Of a DNA stretch of 64,000 nucleotides, positions 38,695 through 48,357 are shown in pieces; positions within the stretch are counted from its first letter, which is position 1, and the number at the start of each line of letters is the position of its first letter. A model generated the notes under the pieces. The model saw nothing but the letters and a program-made list of their open reading frames with translations. It searched no databases and was not told where the DNA came from. Source of the DNA: a virus (Duplodnaviria; Caudoviricetes); IMG/VR virus record IMGVR_UViG_2061766007_000586, positions 32,001 through 96,000 of that record, one strand, 5' to 3'. The position numbers and the translations under genes were made by a program.

Positions 38695-39288
38695 CTACCA
38701 ACTAAATTCCTCATGACTATTGTCTACGCCAACTGGGTGTTCGAGCTTGGCTAACGTTTCCTTAGTGTATCTATCAATAAGAACCTTTAGGAAAGGATTT
38801 ATTGTCTTACCTTCCATGGAAGCCTGGAACTGCATAATCTTAACTGCGTCTTTCATTGTCTTATTATCAGCATTACTAATCTCTCCACCAAATATTTGTT
38901 CGAAAGTTGTAAGCTGATCAAACATTTCACTAATCGGATCTTTGACTACAGCGTCCTTCATCTCCTTTAATCTTTTGTAATGATCTGGTTTTGCTCTCAG
39001 ATAAGCCTCTTTAATTTTTGTAATCTTATCAACAGTAGCTTGATCGGTTAAAGAAACTTCTTTCTTGAATCTCTCATAAGTAAATTCATAAGATTCGTCG
39101 TAGTGAACTGGCCCATAATAAGAACCATCTCTACCAAAGTTATGAACTTCTCTATCAAAGATTTCAATAGTCTTCTCTTCTTTATTGTTTATAACGCTTT
39201 CAACGACAATGTAGTATGTCGCATCTTTTGACCTGACAGTAATAAACGTGCCAGGAATTTCGAGTTTGTTGATTTCGGACAGTTTCAT
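38695..39288 (-). CDS. hypothetical protein
   Basis: AAGGAG RBS; N-terminus resembles the neighbouring gene 39314..39595. Confidence 0.6.
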   Translation of the reverse strand: MKLSEINKLEIPGTFITVRSKDATYYIVVESVINNKEEKTIEIFDREVHNFGRDGSYYGPVHYDESYEFTYERFKKEVSLTDQATVDKITKIKEAYLRAKPDHYKRLKEMKDAVVKDPISEMFDQLTTFEQIFGGEISNADNKTMKDAVKIMQFQASMEGKTINPFLKVLIDRYTKETLAKLEHPVGVDNSHEEFSW

Positions 39289-39313
39289 AATTTGTTTCTC
39301 CTTAAATTTAGTT

Positions 39314-39595
39314 TTAATTCGTTATTCCAAATTCCTCAAGTATTTCAGAATTGGCTTTAGAAACCCTTTCTGTAAATGTACTTTTCAGCATATCTATCGG
39401 TTCATCATAATGAGATTTTTTCCAACGAGGATCATAAGTACCAGGTCTACGAAAAATACATTCATCATAAATTCCGATAATATCTTTTAATATTTCAATT
39501 TCCTTAACAAGAACAACATAGTCTGACGTACTACCTTCGCCTTTAACAAAAAGATAGTCACCAGGCTTAACAGTTCTAGGATTTAATTTTTTCAT
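39314..39595 (-). CDS. hypothetical protein
   Basis: GAGGAG RBS. Confidence 0.55.
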   Translation of the reverse strand: MKKLNPRTVKPGDYLFVKGEGSTSDYVVLVKEIEILKDIIGIYDECIFRRPGTYDPRWKKSHYDEPIDMLKSTFTERVSKANSEILEEFGITN

Positions 39596-39638
39596 TTTGG
39601 TTCTCCTCTGCTAGTAGTTTAGTAAATTGTACTACAAC

Positions 39639-39899
39639 TTACTTAGTAAAATAGAAACCTGCAAACACCATTGCAACCAAAAGAATCATACTAAATAAAA
39701 TAAAGCAAACAAGTGTAACTTCCTGTTTAAAATCTTCTTTCTCTAGTTCAGCTTCCTTCTCTTTCAAATGTTCCAAATAAGCATCAGTTTTATGATACTC
39801 CTTCTCAAGCCATTCGAGATAAGTATCAGTTGAACCAGAGTTTTTATATTCCTCTTCCAACTTTTTCAGATAGCTTTCACGCTTGACAATTCCAAACAT
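39639..39899 (-). CDS. small C-terminally anchored membrane protein
   Basis: AAGGAG RBS; hydrophobic tail LVCFILFSMILLVAMVFAGFYF. Confidence 0.6.
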   Translation of the reverse strand: MFGIVKRESYLKKLEEEYKNSGSTDTYLEWLEKEYHKTDAYLEHLKEKEAELEKEDFKQEVTLVCFILFSMILLVAMVFAGFYFTK

Positions 39900-39910
39900 G
39901 ATTATTCTCC

Positions 39911-40354
39911 TTAATCTTTATGAAAAATTGTTGAACGATCAAAGACAACATCTTTGAACTTACAATTTGTAAGATCAGCTCCTGCAAACATAGCATCAGT
40001 TATATTTGCATAACTGAAATCACAATCTTTCAGAATCGCATTTGTGAAGTTAGCAGAACGAATATCAGCAAAACTAAAATCGGTACCAGTTAAATCTGCT
40101 CCGGTAAAATCTGCTCCATCAAGTTTAGCTTTATATAAATCGGTATAGGTAACTTTTGCATTTCTGAAATCCGCATTCATCGCAGCAATGTTGCGAAAAT
40201 CAGCATGATCTACAGTGAGACCTTGGAGGTCTACACCAAGTCCAAACATGCCATGCTGAAAAGATTCACAATTAGCATATTTTTCAAGTGTTTCTTTAAT
40301 GGAATGGTGAACAATAATAACCTTGTTCGTAAAACGAAATGGAATAATAGTCAT
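39911..40354 (-). CDS. pentapeptide repeat protein
   Basis: ADFRN, ADFTG, ADLTG, TDFSF, ANFTN and further A(D/N)(L/F)xx repeats. Confidence 0.9.
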   Translation of the reverse strand: MTIIPFRFTNKVIIVHHSIKETLEKYANCESFQHGMFGLGVDLQGLTVDHADFRNIAAMNADFRNAKVTYTDLYKAKLDGADFTGADLTGTDFSFADIRSANFTNAILKDCDFSYANITDAMFAGADLTNCKFKDVVFDRSTIFHKD

Positions 40355-40387
40355 TGTGGTTGTTTCTCCTTATGTTTTATTTATTAA

Positions 40388-40395
40388 GTAATATA
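40388..40395 (-). promoter_or_regulatory. early-type promoter TATATTAC
   Basis: Exact motif heading the 37.1-40.4 kb cluster. Confidence 0.6.
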
Positions 40396-40418
40396 TGCTT
40401 AACTAAATGATGATAAAA

Positions 40419-40448
40419 TCATAGTGCCCTGATGTCAGGGCACTATGA
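40419..40448 (-). terminator. terminator hairpin
   Basis: TCATAGTGCCCTGA-tg-TCAGGGCACTATGA. Confidence 0.7.
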
Positions 40449-40451
40449 GAA

Positions 40452-41714
40452 TTAGCGAGATTTAAAAGATAAGAGAATTACATATAAGATAAAACCTAAA
40501 CGTAGTCCTACTAACGTTCCAGCTCTAGTATATTTAGTATGAGTTGTAACAAAGTTATCAACACTGTTCTTGATACAAAGAATATCAGCATCAATAACAC
40601 GAGATGCTGTAAATGTGTTCTTAGCTAATTGTAGAATAGCAAGGTTGTTCTTCATATCAATACCGGATAATGCTGCACGTCTATAGATCTTCTGAATTAG
40701 TTCTTCTAGAAGTTTAGCATAACCTATGTACAGAGTATTATTAGTTTTATCTTTTACAATTTCATAAGACGTCTTATCACGAACCTGCTGTGTTGCCATA
40801 GCAGAGAACGCAATTAAAAGCGTATTAATCATGTCTGGTCTTGTATTCGCTGCTAACTTAGCTGCTAGCTTTACAAACTTTGGATCAAGGAATTCATTTG
40901 TATTGAGAACAATCGAAGTAATACGAGAGATCATAACATCAATCGTACCTTGTAAGTTCCCAAGCATCTTACCTTTTTCTTGATCTTCTGTAACTAAACT
41001 AGTTGCTACATAAGCATTACCTTTTGCGTTATTCTCGTAATATGATTCAGACACTAATACAATTTTACGACAAAGTCTTGTATGAATATCTGAGATTGAT
41101 TTTACAATAGCAGCATCAGGTCCAAAGTTTTTGAATACATTCGCATAAATACTGTTTGGTATTAAAGCAGCATTTGCATGTTTATAAATTAGTTTCTTCC
41201 AAGTATCTGTTTCACTATTCTTGATATCAGACTTTGCTGTTAAATTATCAATTGTGTATTGCATAACTGCTTCTTTAGCTCCATATGGAAATTGCATTGC
41301 TACTTTCCCACAGAAGAATTTATAATTCAACAGTTTCAATAAGTCTAAGCAAGCTTGATAACAGAGTTGTTTTGTCATCGCATGAACTACACCTTCGTTA
41401 TGGAGATGATAGATCAACCAGATAACAAGAAGATTAAATTCATTGGAAGTCACATTGAAATTCTTATCAACAGCAGGACTGCTTTTAATACACTGCATAA
41501 ATGTACGTTTATCTACACTGAAGATAGAGAAGATAGCATCTGCATCTTTGGGATACCAGTATGCTTTTACTACCCCTAACATCGGCGTATTAAACGCTAG
41601 AGGATTCTTGTCACGAACTTCATACATTGCTGTAAAACGAGACAGCTCCATTAAGACCTGTCTCGTTATTGTTGGTGCACAAGCCTCTGAAAATAATTCT
41701 TTCAAAGTGGCCAT
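40452..41714 (-). CDS. conserved phiKZ-group protein found near the terminase gene
   Basis: Recognised pattern (FNVTSNEFNL, FPYGA...LTAKSDIK...WK) and position; no function assigned. Confidence 0.5.
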   Translation of the reverse strand: MATLKELFSEACAPTITRQVLMELSRFTAMYEVRDKNPLAFNTPMLGVVKAYWYPKDADAIFSIFSVDKRTFMQCIKSSPAVDKNFNVTSNEFNLLVIWLIYHLHNEGVVHAMTKQLCYQACLDLLKLLNYKFFCGKVAMQFPYGAKEAVMQYTIDNLTAKSDIKNSETDTWKKLIYKHANAALIPNSIYANVFKNFGPDAAIVKSISDIHTRLCRKIVLVSESYYENNAKGNAYVATSLVTEDQEKGKMLGNLQGTIDVMISRITSIVLNTNEFLDPKFVKLAAKLAANTRPDMINTLLIAFSAMATQQVRDKTSYEIVKDKTNNTLYIGYAKLLEELIQKIYRRAALSGIDMKNNLAILQLAKNTFTASRVIDADILCIKNSVDNFVTTHTKYTRAGTLVGLRLGFILYVILLSFKSR

Positions 41715-41735
41715 ACATCAATCACAATCTATACC

Positions 41736-44132
41736 TTAAACAGGTACGGTTTCAGATTCTTCAATATAGCGGCGAATGTTAGAAACATTCACATGCTTTT
41801 CAATTTTACCATTATGAATGACAACTAAAGTAGGAGCTTGCTGAACACCATACTTCTTTGTCATTTCTTGTTCTTCATTAGCAATTACAATTTCATATTT
41901 GATGTTTGCACGATCTAAGAAACGAATTGCCATCTTGCAATTGGGACACGTACGAGTTGAGAAAAGAAGAACCTTGTCTTCGCCTACTTCTTGTGGCTTA
42001 ATTTCGCAAGCAGCACACTTCTTTTCTTCTTCAACTTTTACACCTTTATTCTCTAAAGACTTATCAACATTGTAAGTCTGACGGTCTTTATATTCCTGCA
42101 GCTTACCATCGTTCCAGTTTTGTACAGGACGATAATAACCAGTAATACGACTATAAACTTCAGTATTTTCACCACACTTGTCACATTTCGGTTTTTCACC
42201 AGCTATGTAACCATGGTTCTTACAAACTGAATAAGTCGGGGAAAGTGTATAGTACGGAAGTTTATAATTTTCAGCAATCTTGCGAACAAGCATTGCTGCA
42301 CTCTTCCAGCTAGGAAGCTTTTCACCTAAGAAAGCATGGAATACTGTTCCTGAAGTGTAGAGTGTCTGGAACTTATCTTGAATATCCAGCGCAGCAAACA
42401 CATCATCAGTATAGCCAACAGGAAGATGCGAACTATTTGTATAATAAGGTGTATCATTATCTCCGCTCACAGCTGTGATAATATCAGGGAATTGCTCTTT
42501 ATCGTGTTTTGCTAAACGATAAGAAGTAGATTCAGCAGGAGTTGCTTCAAGGTTATACAGATCACCATATTTTTCCTGATAATCAGAGAGGCGTTCTCTC
42601 ATGTGATTCAGAACAGCTACAGTAAAATCTTGAGAAACAGGATCTGTCAAATCTCTTCTAATCCAGTTAGCATTTAAGCAAGCTTCATTCATACCAACTA
42701 ATCCAATTGTGGAGAAGTGGTTATCTAACTTACCAAGATAACGTTTGGTATAAGGATAAAGACCTGCATCAAGGAAACGAGTAATTGTTTTACGTTTGAT
42801 ATGCAACGAACGAGCTGCAATATCCATCAGTCTATCTAAGCGCTTATAAAAATCTTTTTCATCAGTAGCCTGATAAGCAATACGAGGCATATTGATTGTA
42901 ACAACACCAATACTACCAGTACTTTCACCACTACCAAAGAATCCACCAGATTTCTTTCTAAGCTCACGAAGATCAAGACGAAGTCTGCAGCACATGCTAC
43001 GAATATCACTCGGCTCCATATCACTATTTACATAGTTAGAGAAATATGGAGTACCATACTTCGAAGTCATTTCAAACAGGAGTCTATTATTTTCAGTGTC
43101 ACTCCAATCGAAGTCTTTTGTGATTGAGTAAGTAGGAATTGGATACTGGAAACCACGTCCATTTGCATCACCTTCAATCATGATTTCAATGAAGGCTTTG
43201 TTAATCATATCCATTTCTTTCTTACAATCTTTATACTTGAAATCCTGTTCCTTACCACCAACAATAGCAGGAAGCTCTGCTAAGTCATTTGGCACAGTCC
43301 AGTCAAGAGTGATGTTGGTGAACGGAGCTTGTGTTCCCCAACGTGACGGTGTATTCACACCAAAAATAAATGACTCAATACATTTCTTAACTTGATTGTA
43401 ACTGAGATTATCAACTTTCACGAATGGTGCAAGATAAGTATCGAATGATGAGAACGCTTGAGCTCCAGCCCATTCATTCTGCATGATACCTAAGAAGTTA
43501 ACCATCTGATTACAGATTGAAACAAGGTGAGATGCGGGAGCACTTGTGATCTTTCCAGGTACTCCACCAAGTCCTTCTTGAATCAATTGCTTTAATGACC
43601 AACCTGCACAATAACCAGTGAGCATTGATAAATCATGAAGATGAATATCAACGTTTCTATGAGCGTTTGCAATTTCATCATCATAAATTTCTGATAGCCA
43701 ATAATTTGCTGTTAATGCACCAGAGTTAGATAAAATTAAACCACCAACTGAGTAAGTTACAGTCGAATTTTCCTTTACTCTCCAGTCAACATTTTTCAGG
43801 TAGCTATCAATCGTGGTTTTGAAATCAATGATAGTTGACTTCGTATCACGTAATTTGGTACGCTGACGACGATACAGAATATATGCTTTTGCTATATCAG
43901 CATATCCTGCTTGGATCAGCACTTGTTCCACGCAATCCTGAATATCTTCTACTGTGATAATACCATCCTTGATTTTAGAATCAAAGCTTGCTGTCACCTT
44001 CAAAGCTAAGAAATCAATAACATCAGGATGATAATTTTTCTCCTGCGCATCGAACGCCGATTTGATTGCATTTGTGATTTTTGTAATGTCGAAATCAACG
44101 GTACGTCCGTCACGCTTTTGCACTTGATACAT
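41736..44132 (-). CDS. nrdD: anaerobic (class III) ribonucleotide reductase with ATP cone and fused C-terminal glutaredoxin
   Basis: KRDG ATP cone, SMCCRL, EATPAES, CxxH...CxxC, glycyl-radical motif YSRITGYYRP, CPNC redoxin tail. Confidence 0.95.
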   Translation of the reverse strand: MYQVQKRDGRTVDFDITKITNAIKSAFDAQEKNYHPDVIDFLALKVTASFDSKIKDGIITVEDIQDCVEQVLIQAGYADIAKAYILYRRQRTKLRDTKSTIIDFKTTIDSYLKNVDWRVKENSTVTYSVGGLILSNSGALTANYWLSEIYDDEIANAHRNVDIHLHDLSMLTGYCAGWSLKQLIQEGLGGVPGKITSAPASHLVSICNQMVNFLGIMQNEWAGAQAFSSFDTYLAPFVKVDNLSYNQVKKCIESFIFGVNTPSRWGTQAPFTNITLDWTVPNDLAELPAIVGGKEQDFKYKDCKKEMDMINKAFIEIMIEGDANGRGFQYPIPTYSITKDFDWSDTENNRLLFEMTSKYGTPYFSNYVNSDMEPSDIRSMCCRLRLDLRELRKKSGGFFGSGESTGSIGVVTINMPRIAYQATDEKDFYKRLDRLMDIAARSLHIKRKTITRFLDAGLYPYTKRYLGKLDNHFSTIGLVGMNEACLNANWIRRDLTDPVSQDFTVAVLNHMRERLSDYQEKYGDLYNLEATPAESTSYRLAKHDKEQFPDIITAVSGDNDTPYYTNSSHLPVGYTDDVFAALDIQDKFQTLYTSGTVFHAFLGEKLPSWKSAAMLVRKIAENYKLPYYTLSPTYSVCKNHGYIAGEKPKCDKCGENTEVYSRITGYYRPVQNWNDGKLQEYKDRQTYNVDKSLENKGVKVEEEKKCAACEIKPQEVGEDKVLLFSTRTCPNCKMAIRFLDRANIKYEIVIANEEQEMTKKYGVQQAPTLVVIHNGKIEKHVNVSNIRRYIEESETVPV

Positions 44133-44190
44133 ACATGTACTCCTTTGTGATTTTGAGGTGAATCGCGTATAAAATATCCAGTCAAAACTT

Positions 44191-46287
44191 TTATCTCTTT
44201 AACATGAATCTCAACTTTGTTAAGAAGTCTGTATCGACTACATTTTGAGATTCCGTTTCTTGTTGAATAGCTGAAACAGAGACGTGATCTTCCTGGATCA
44301 TATTCGGATTAAAGATATCTTGAAGTGATTTTAATTCACGTTCATATGTGGCTTTACGAATTGGATTTGCTTCCAGTTGTAAAATGCCTCTTAACTCTTT
44401 AATTCGTTTATCAATTTGTTGATGTCTTGCTTTAACAGAAGGATCAACTGATTCACCGGTGTTTGTTACACCTTGTAAAATCAGATTATTAGGAATACCA
44501 TACATGTGATGATTCTTGCCATACAAAGCAAACCATCCTGCTAACATCATAGACATAGTTAAGTCATCGTGTTGACCAATGATGTGATCGATACGTCCGT
44601 TACGAACTGAAAGAGCTTTGATTTCTTCTGAAAGGTTATAGTCAAAAACACGATCAGCCATAATGTTAAGTTGATTGATCAAGACCTTTCCATATAAATC
44701 ATCACGAGATGCAGCAGTTGTATTATAACCAAAATGCTTGCGATTAATACCCGATGACAGGTCAATTCTATCTAAGTCTTTTGATGTAGTTGACCAATCC
44801 TGTATAAATGTATTGTAGATACGTCTATAAGGAGATTCATGATGAGAAATCATCTTATCAATCAGAACATCAACAAGAACTGCACCATTCTTATTACGTT
44901 CAGGAATAATAACAGAGTTTGGTAATTCTTCCATTAAATCGATTACACATTGTGCAACATGAGTAAAGGATGGTGTATTAACACGACAAGTTGCAATGAC
45001 ACCAAGATCAGTAGGATCAAGAACGCAAAGTGTTGTAAAGTCTTCACCCACATTATCTGAAGTATCACAACCAATAATGTAATGCTTATTTCTATTATCT
45101 TCATTTAAAATAATGGACTTGGATACATACCAGTTCACCGTTAATGTTCCATAAGTACTGTAATCAATTGGCTCGATAACAGAAGCAGCAACTCTCTTCA
45201 ACAACGCTGCAGGAACAACACTGGATCCGGTACCAACCTGCCAAATATTCAAATAGTCTGTTTCAATTTCTACCTGAGTCTTATCTGCAGTAACTCTCTT
45301 TAACCATTCATCGGTTTCACCGAGTTGCTGGTAAGAATACTCTAAGTAGAACATATTGTTTGTAGATTCCCTATCCAAGAATGCTTGTAATGCTTGTCTA
45401 TCAGGAAGATCATACAAAGTTTCTTTAAATCTAGCAGCATGTGATTTAATGCGATAGGCATATGCACCAGCTGGTGAAGCTAACTGACCTGCAGTTGTAG
45501 TAATAATCTTACAAGTAGGTAATCCCATTTCATGTGCAATCTTACTTGCCATATCCATAGAAGCTGCTGCTGATGGATAACTCAAATCAATGTTACGATA
45601 GTAAGCGAACTCGTCCCAGTGCTGTAATGGAATTGTAGCACCACGAGCCTGCTTAGCAGCTGCCAATCTATCGCCTTGAGCTACATAAGTTTTATATTCA
45701 TTATTAAGAGCAGCGTAGCTCAAACCCTCTTTATTATCTGTATCACGTACAGATCTGGACACAAGAAAATCAGGGAGATTATTTCTCATATCTTTCATAC
45801 GTTTAACGTTATCCTGAATCAGGGTATCGTCTTTTGCGAACATTGCTATTGTAGCATTGGTATAACCAAAGTACATAGCCCATGAGTCTAAGGATATAGT
45901 ACCAATCGTTTTACCTTTCTGACGAGGCATTGTGATAAACGTATTGACACTATTTGCAAAGCACCAAGATAGTGCTAAATTAGCACGATTTAACTGATAA
46001 GGAATTGGTGCAGAACCAGGAGCACTGATTCGTATCACTTCTCTTAAATAATACCAAATATTGATTTTACACTCGTGCGCTATTCGCGCAACGAGCTCAC
46101 TACTTGGATCGGTTAAATTATGAGGATCGTACTTTGCCAGTTCAGGCTGACTTAAATGCAGAAAGAATTTGTTATTTTTAATTCCCATACGTTCCAGGAG
46201 GAATACCATACGAATAAAAGATCTATTCTTTGTATTCGTCTGGAGCATTCCTCCCTGTGTCTGATAATCAGCTTGGAACAATAACAT
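44191..46287 (-). CDS. terL: terminase large subunit (phiKZ gp25-like)
   Basis: PRQKGKT Walker A, WDEFAY Walker B, ITTTAG, IGCDTSD and HDD nuclease motifs. Confidence 0.9.
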   Translation of the reverse strand: MLLFQADYQTQGGMLQTNTKNRSFIRMVFLLERMGIKNNKFFLHLSQPELAKYDPHNLTDPSSELVARIAHECKINIWYYLREVIRISAPGSAPIPYQLNRANLALSWCFANSVNTFITMPRQKGKTIGTISLDSWAMYFGYTNATIAMFAKDDTLIQDNVKRMKDMRNNLPDFLVSRSVRDTDNKEGLSYAALNNEYKTYVAQGDRLAAAKQARGATIPLQHWDEFAYYRNIDLSYPSAAASMDMASKIAHEMGLPTCKIITTTAGQLASPAGAYAYRIKSHAARFKETLYDLPDRQALQAFLDRESTNNMFYLEYSYQQLGETDEWLKRVTADKTQVEIETDYLNIWQVGTGSSVVPAALLKRVAASVIEPIDYSTYGTLTVNWYVSKSIILNEDNRNKHYIIGCDTSDNVGEDFTTLCVLDPTDLGVIATCRVNTPSFTHVAQCVIDLMEELPNSVIIPERNKNGAVLVDVLIDKMISHHESPYRRIYNTFIQDWSTTSKDLDRIDLSSGINRKHFGYNTTAASRDDLYGKVLINQLNIMADRVFDYNLSEEIKALSVRNGRIDHIIGQHDDLTMSMMLAGWFALYGKNHHMYGIPNNLILQGVTNTGESVDPSVKARHQQIDKRIKELRGILQLEANPIRKATYERELKSLQDIFNPNMIQEDHVSVSAIQQETESQNVVDTDFLTKLRFMLKR

Positions 46288-46289
46288 AA

Positions 46290-46784
46290 TTAAATTTCAT
46301 CAACACTATTAATAATTGCAGGACGCAGGTTTGCAATCGCACCTGGTTTTGATAATAGAGCTTTGTTACGCTCTCTTAATCTACGACGATTTCTTGCACT
46401 AGCAAATGCTCTCTTCTCATCTGTTGTCAGATAAGCAGAACCATATACTTTACTAATGTGTTTTGTATCTCTATTATAAGAAGCAAGATACCAATTATCT
46501 TTATAATAGATTGCGAATTTTGTGATTGAGAAATTAACCGAACCAATCGCAACAGCATCTCTGAAACGTTCACACTGATCTGCCATATTGATATAGTCTT
46601 CTTTAGTTAATTCCGGCTTAGAAGTATCTTTAATACCAAGCTCTTCTTTAATCTTCTCAATCTTCTTAGCCTTCTTCTCTTTAGGAGGAGTTGGCGTTGC
46701 GTCGACATCTACTTTTGTTTCTACAGGTTCTACAGGTTTAATAACCTTTGATTTAGAACTCTTTTTACTTTTTTTAGAAGCCAT
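46290..46784 (-). CDS. hypothetical Lys-rich protein directly upstream of the terminase
   Basis: AAGGA RBS; stop lies 2 nt from the terminase start. Confidence 0.6.
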   Translation of the reverse strand: MASKKSKKSSKSKVIKPVEPVETKVDVDATPTPPKEKKAKKIEKIKEELGIKDTSKPELTKEDYINMADQCERFRDAVAIGSVNFSITKFAIYYKDNWYLASYNRDTKHISKVYGSAYLTTDEKRAFASARNRRRLRERNKALLSKPGAIANLRPAIINSVDEI

Positions 46785-46807
46785 AATAAAAATCCTTTAA
46801 AAAAGAA

Positions 46808-46837
46808 ATAGAGATAGGGGAGAATCCCTATCTCTAT
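46808..46837 (-). terminator. terminator
   Basis: ATAGAGATAGGG / CCCTATCTCTAT with a minus-strand T tract. Confidence 0.75.
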
Positions 46838-46842
46838 CTATG

Positions 46843-47472
46843 TTACGCTTGAGCGAAAATGTCGTCATCAGGTGGGAGGTTACTTCTTCCACCTGATTTA
46901 TTGCCAAAATCACTCTGGCTGTTATAAGACGATCCACCACCTCTATTACCGCCACTATATCCACCACCCTGATTTTCCATCGGGAAGGACGAAAGCTGAA
47001 CCTGCACCGGAACAACATTTCGAAGATGATGAATTAAATGACTGAAAGTAGTTTCACTCTTCTCATCGGGCGGAATCTCACCCGTACCAAAAGCGATTGC
47101 ATTGATATTGACAATCGGGAAATCATAGTTCTGACCATTTGCCTTCAGAATGATGTGATAAACTTTCTTCTCATCTTTCTTCAGGACTAGAATGTAATCA
47201 AGCTTTCTCTGCTTCTCTTTATAATCATACGTATTATAAACCAGAGAATACTCTTTGCCAGGATCTGCTTTCAGAAGATTTGTCATGTAACGACTAACCA
47301 AGAAGGTTTCATCCTCTTTCAACGACTTGTTGAACAGAGGTTTCTGATTACGATCCGGACCATAAACCGACATCATCAGATGTCCCATCCAGACGCGGAA
47401 TTGTAACGTGCCATCTTTCGAACGATAGCTCGGACCTTTAAGTCTAAGGTCATCAATGTTGTATTTTCCCAT
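46843..47472 (-). CDS. ChmC-like (phiKZ gp67-like) nucleic-acid-binding protein
   Basis: Two genes downstream of SbcD in the chimallin block; beta-rich core with a G/S/N-rich tail ending DDDIF; biased codons. Confidence 0.55.
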   Translation of the reverse strand: MGKYNIDDLRLKGPSYRSKDGTLQFRVWMGHLMMSVYGPDRNQKPLFNKSLKEDETFLVSRYMTNLLKADPGKEYSLVYNTYDYKEKQRKLDYILVLKKDEKKVYHIILKANGQNYDFPIVNINAIAFGTGEIPPDEKSETTFSHLIHHLRNVVPVQVQLSSFPMENQGGGYSGGNRGGGSSYNSQSDFGNKSGGRSNLPPDDDIFAQA

Positions 47473-47493
47473 TCGTGGGTTCTCCTTTACGGG

Positions 47494-48357
47494 TTAAATA
47501 TGATAAGGTAATAAAATTTGGTTTTGATGAAGTTTGGTTTCTATATCTTTTTCTGCTAACAGATACCAAGTCTCTTTTGTCATAGTCTCTATTAGTTTTC
47601 TTTTAGCTCCTCTTTGCAGAGCAGCTTTCATATCTACTTTATCCCCAAGCAAGATATGAGTAGATTGATTAAACGGCAATAAGGGTTTGTTGAATACCAT
47701 CTCACTTAATGCTTCTGCAGTATGTTTAGCTCCAGTGAAGGAAGAGACTAAAATCCACTTATTCATATTAGAGTGAAGGTGATAATCAATAGGATGATGA
47801 CTCACCATCAAAACATTATGAAGATTTTCTGCACTAAGAATATCCTCTTGTAAATGGATGTATGGTGGAATTTTGCCTTCGAAATAAAGCTGAGCAAAAT
47901 TTAATTTCCAATTACCATGTCCATTCTGAGAATACTTAATACGATCTCTTACAATCTGTTCCACTCGAGCAACAAACTGATCAGTAGGAAATCTATAATA
48001 AGTAGAAGGTATGATTGTAGAATAATCTGCTATGTATACTCGAATATATCGAACCATAGGTGTAGTTGGCATACATGCAAAATCTGCTTCAATATTTGAA
48101 ACTAGAATCTGAAGTGTTCGCATGACATTATCAGCTACTGCTTCTAATGTATTTTTAGCAACCATATCTTTTTTCAGTTCAGTTGAGTAAACTGTACTAC
48201 AGACATTTCGACAAATTGTGGAAGCATTAATTAAAATAGTATCAATATCACAATTGGGTGATAATAAAATATTTTGAATTGTTTCACTAACGGGTTGACT
48301 ACCTAAGTCTAATGTACTACCATCTAGACTCATGGTATTAATCAGTTCCTGTTCCAT
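47494..48357 (-). CDS. conserved phiKZ-group protein (gp66-like by synteny), possibly a PIN/5'-nuclease-like fold
   Basis: INASTICRN, VSHHPIDY, LVSSFTG and LPFN...LLGD motifs. Confidence 0.5.
   Translation of the reverse strand: MEQELINTMSLDGSTLDLGSQPVSETIQNILLSPNCDIDTILINASTICRNVCSTVYSTELKKDMVAKNTLEAVADNVMRTLQILVSNIEADFACMPTTPMVRYIRVYIADYSTIIPSTYYRFPTDQFVARVEQIVRDRIKYSQNGHGNWKLNFAQLYFEGKIPPYIHLQEDILSAENLHNVLMVSHHPIDYHLHSNMNKWILVSSFTGAKHTAEALSEMVFNKPLLPFNQSTHILLGDKVDMKAALQRGAKRKLIETMTKETWYLLAEKDIETKLHQNQILLPYHI

Noticed and set aside
46820-46826. UUCUCC in the terminator after the ChmC-like gene as a third anti-SD hairpin
   Set aside because: Short ordinary loop with no anti-AUG extension; most of the match lies in the stem.
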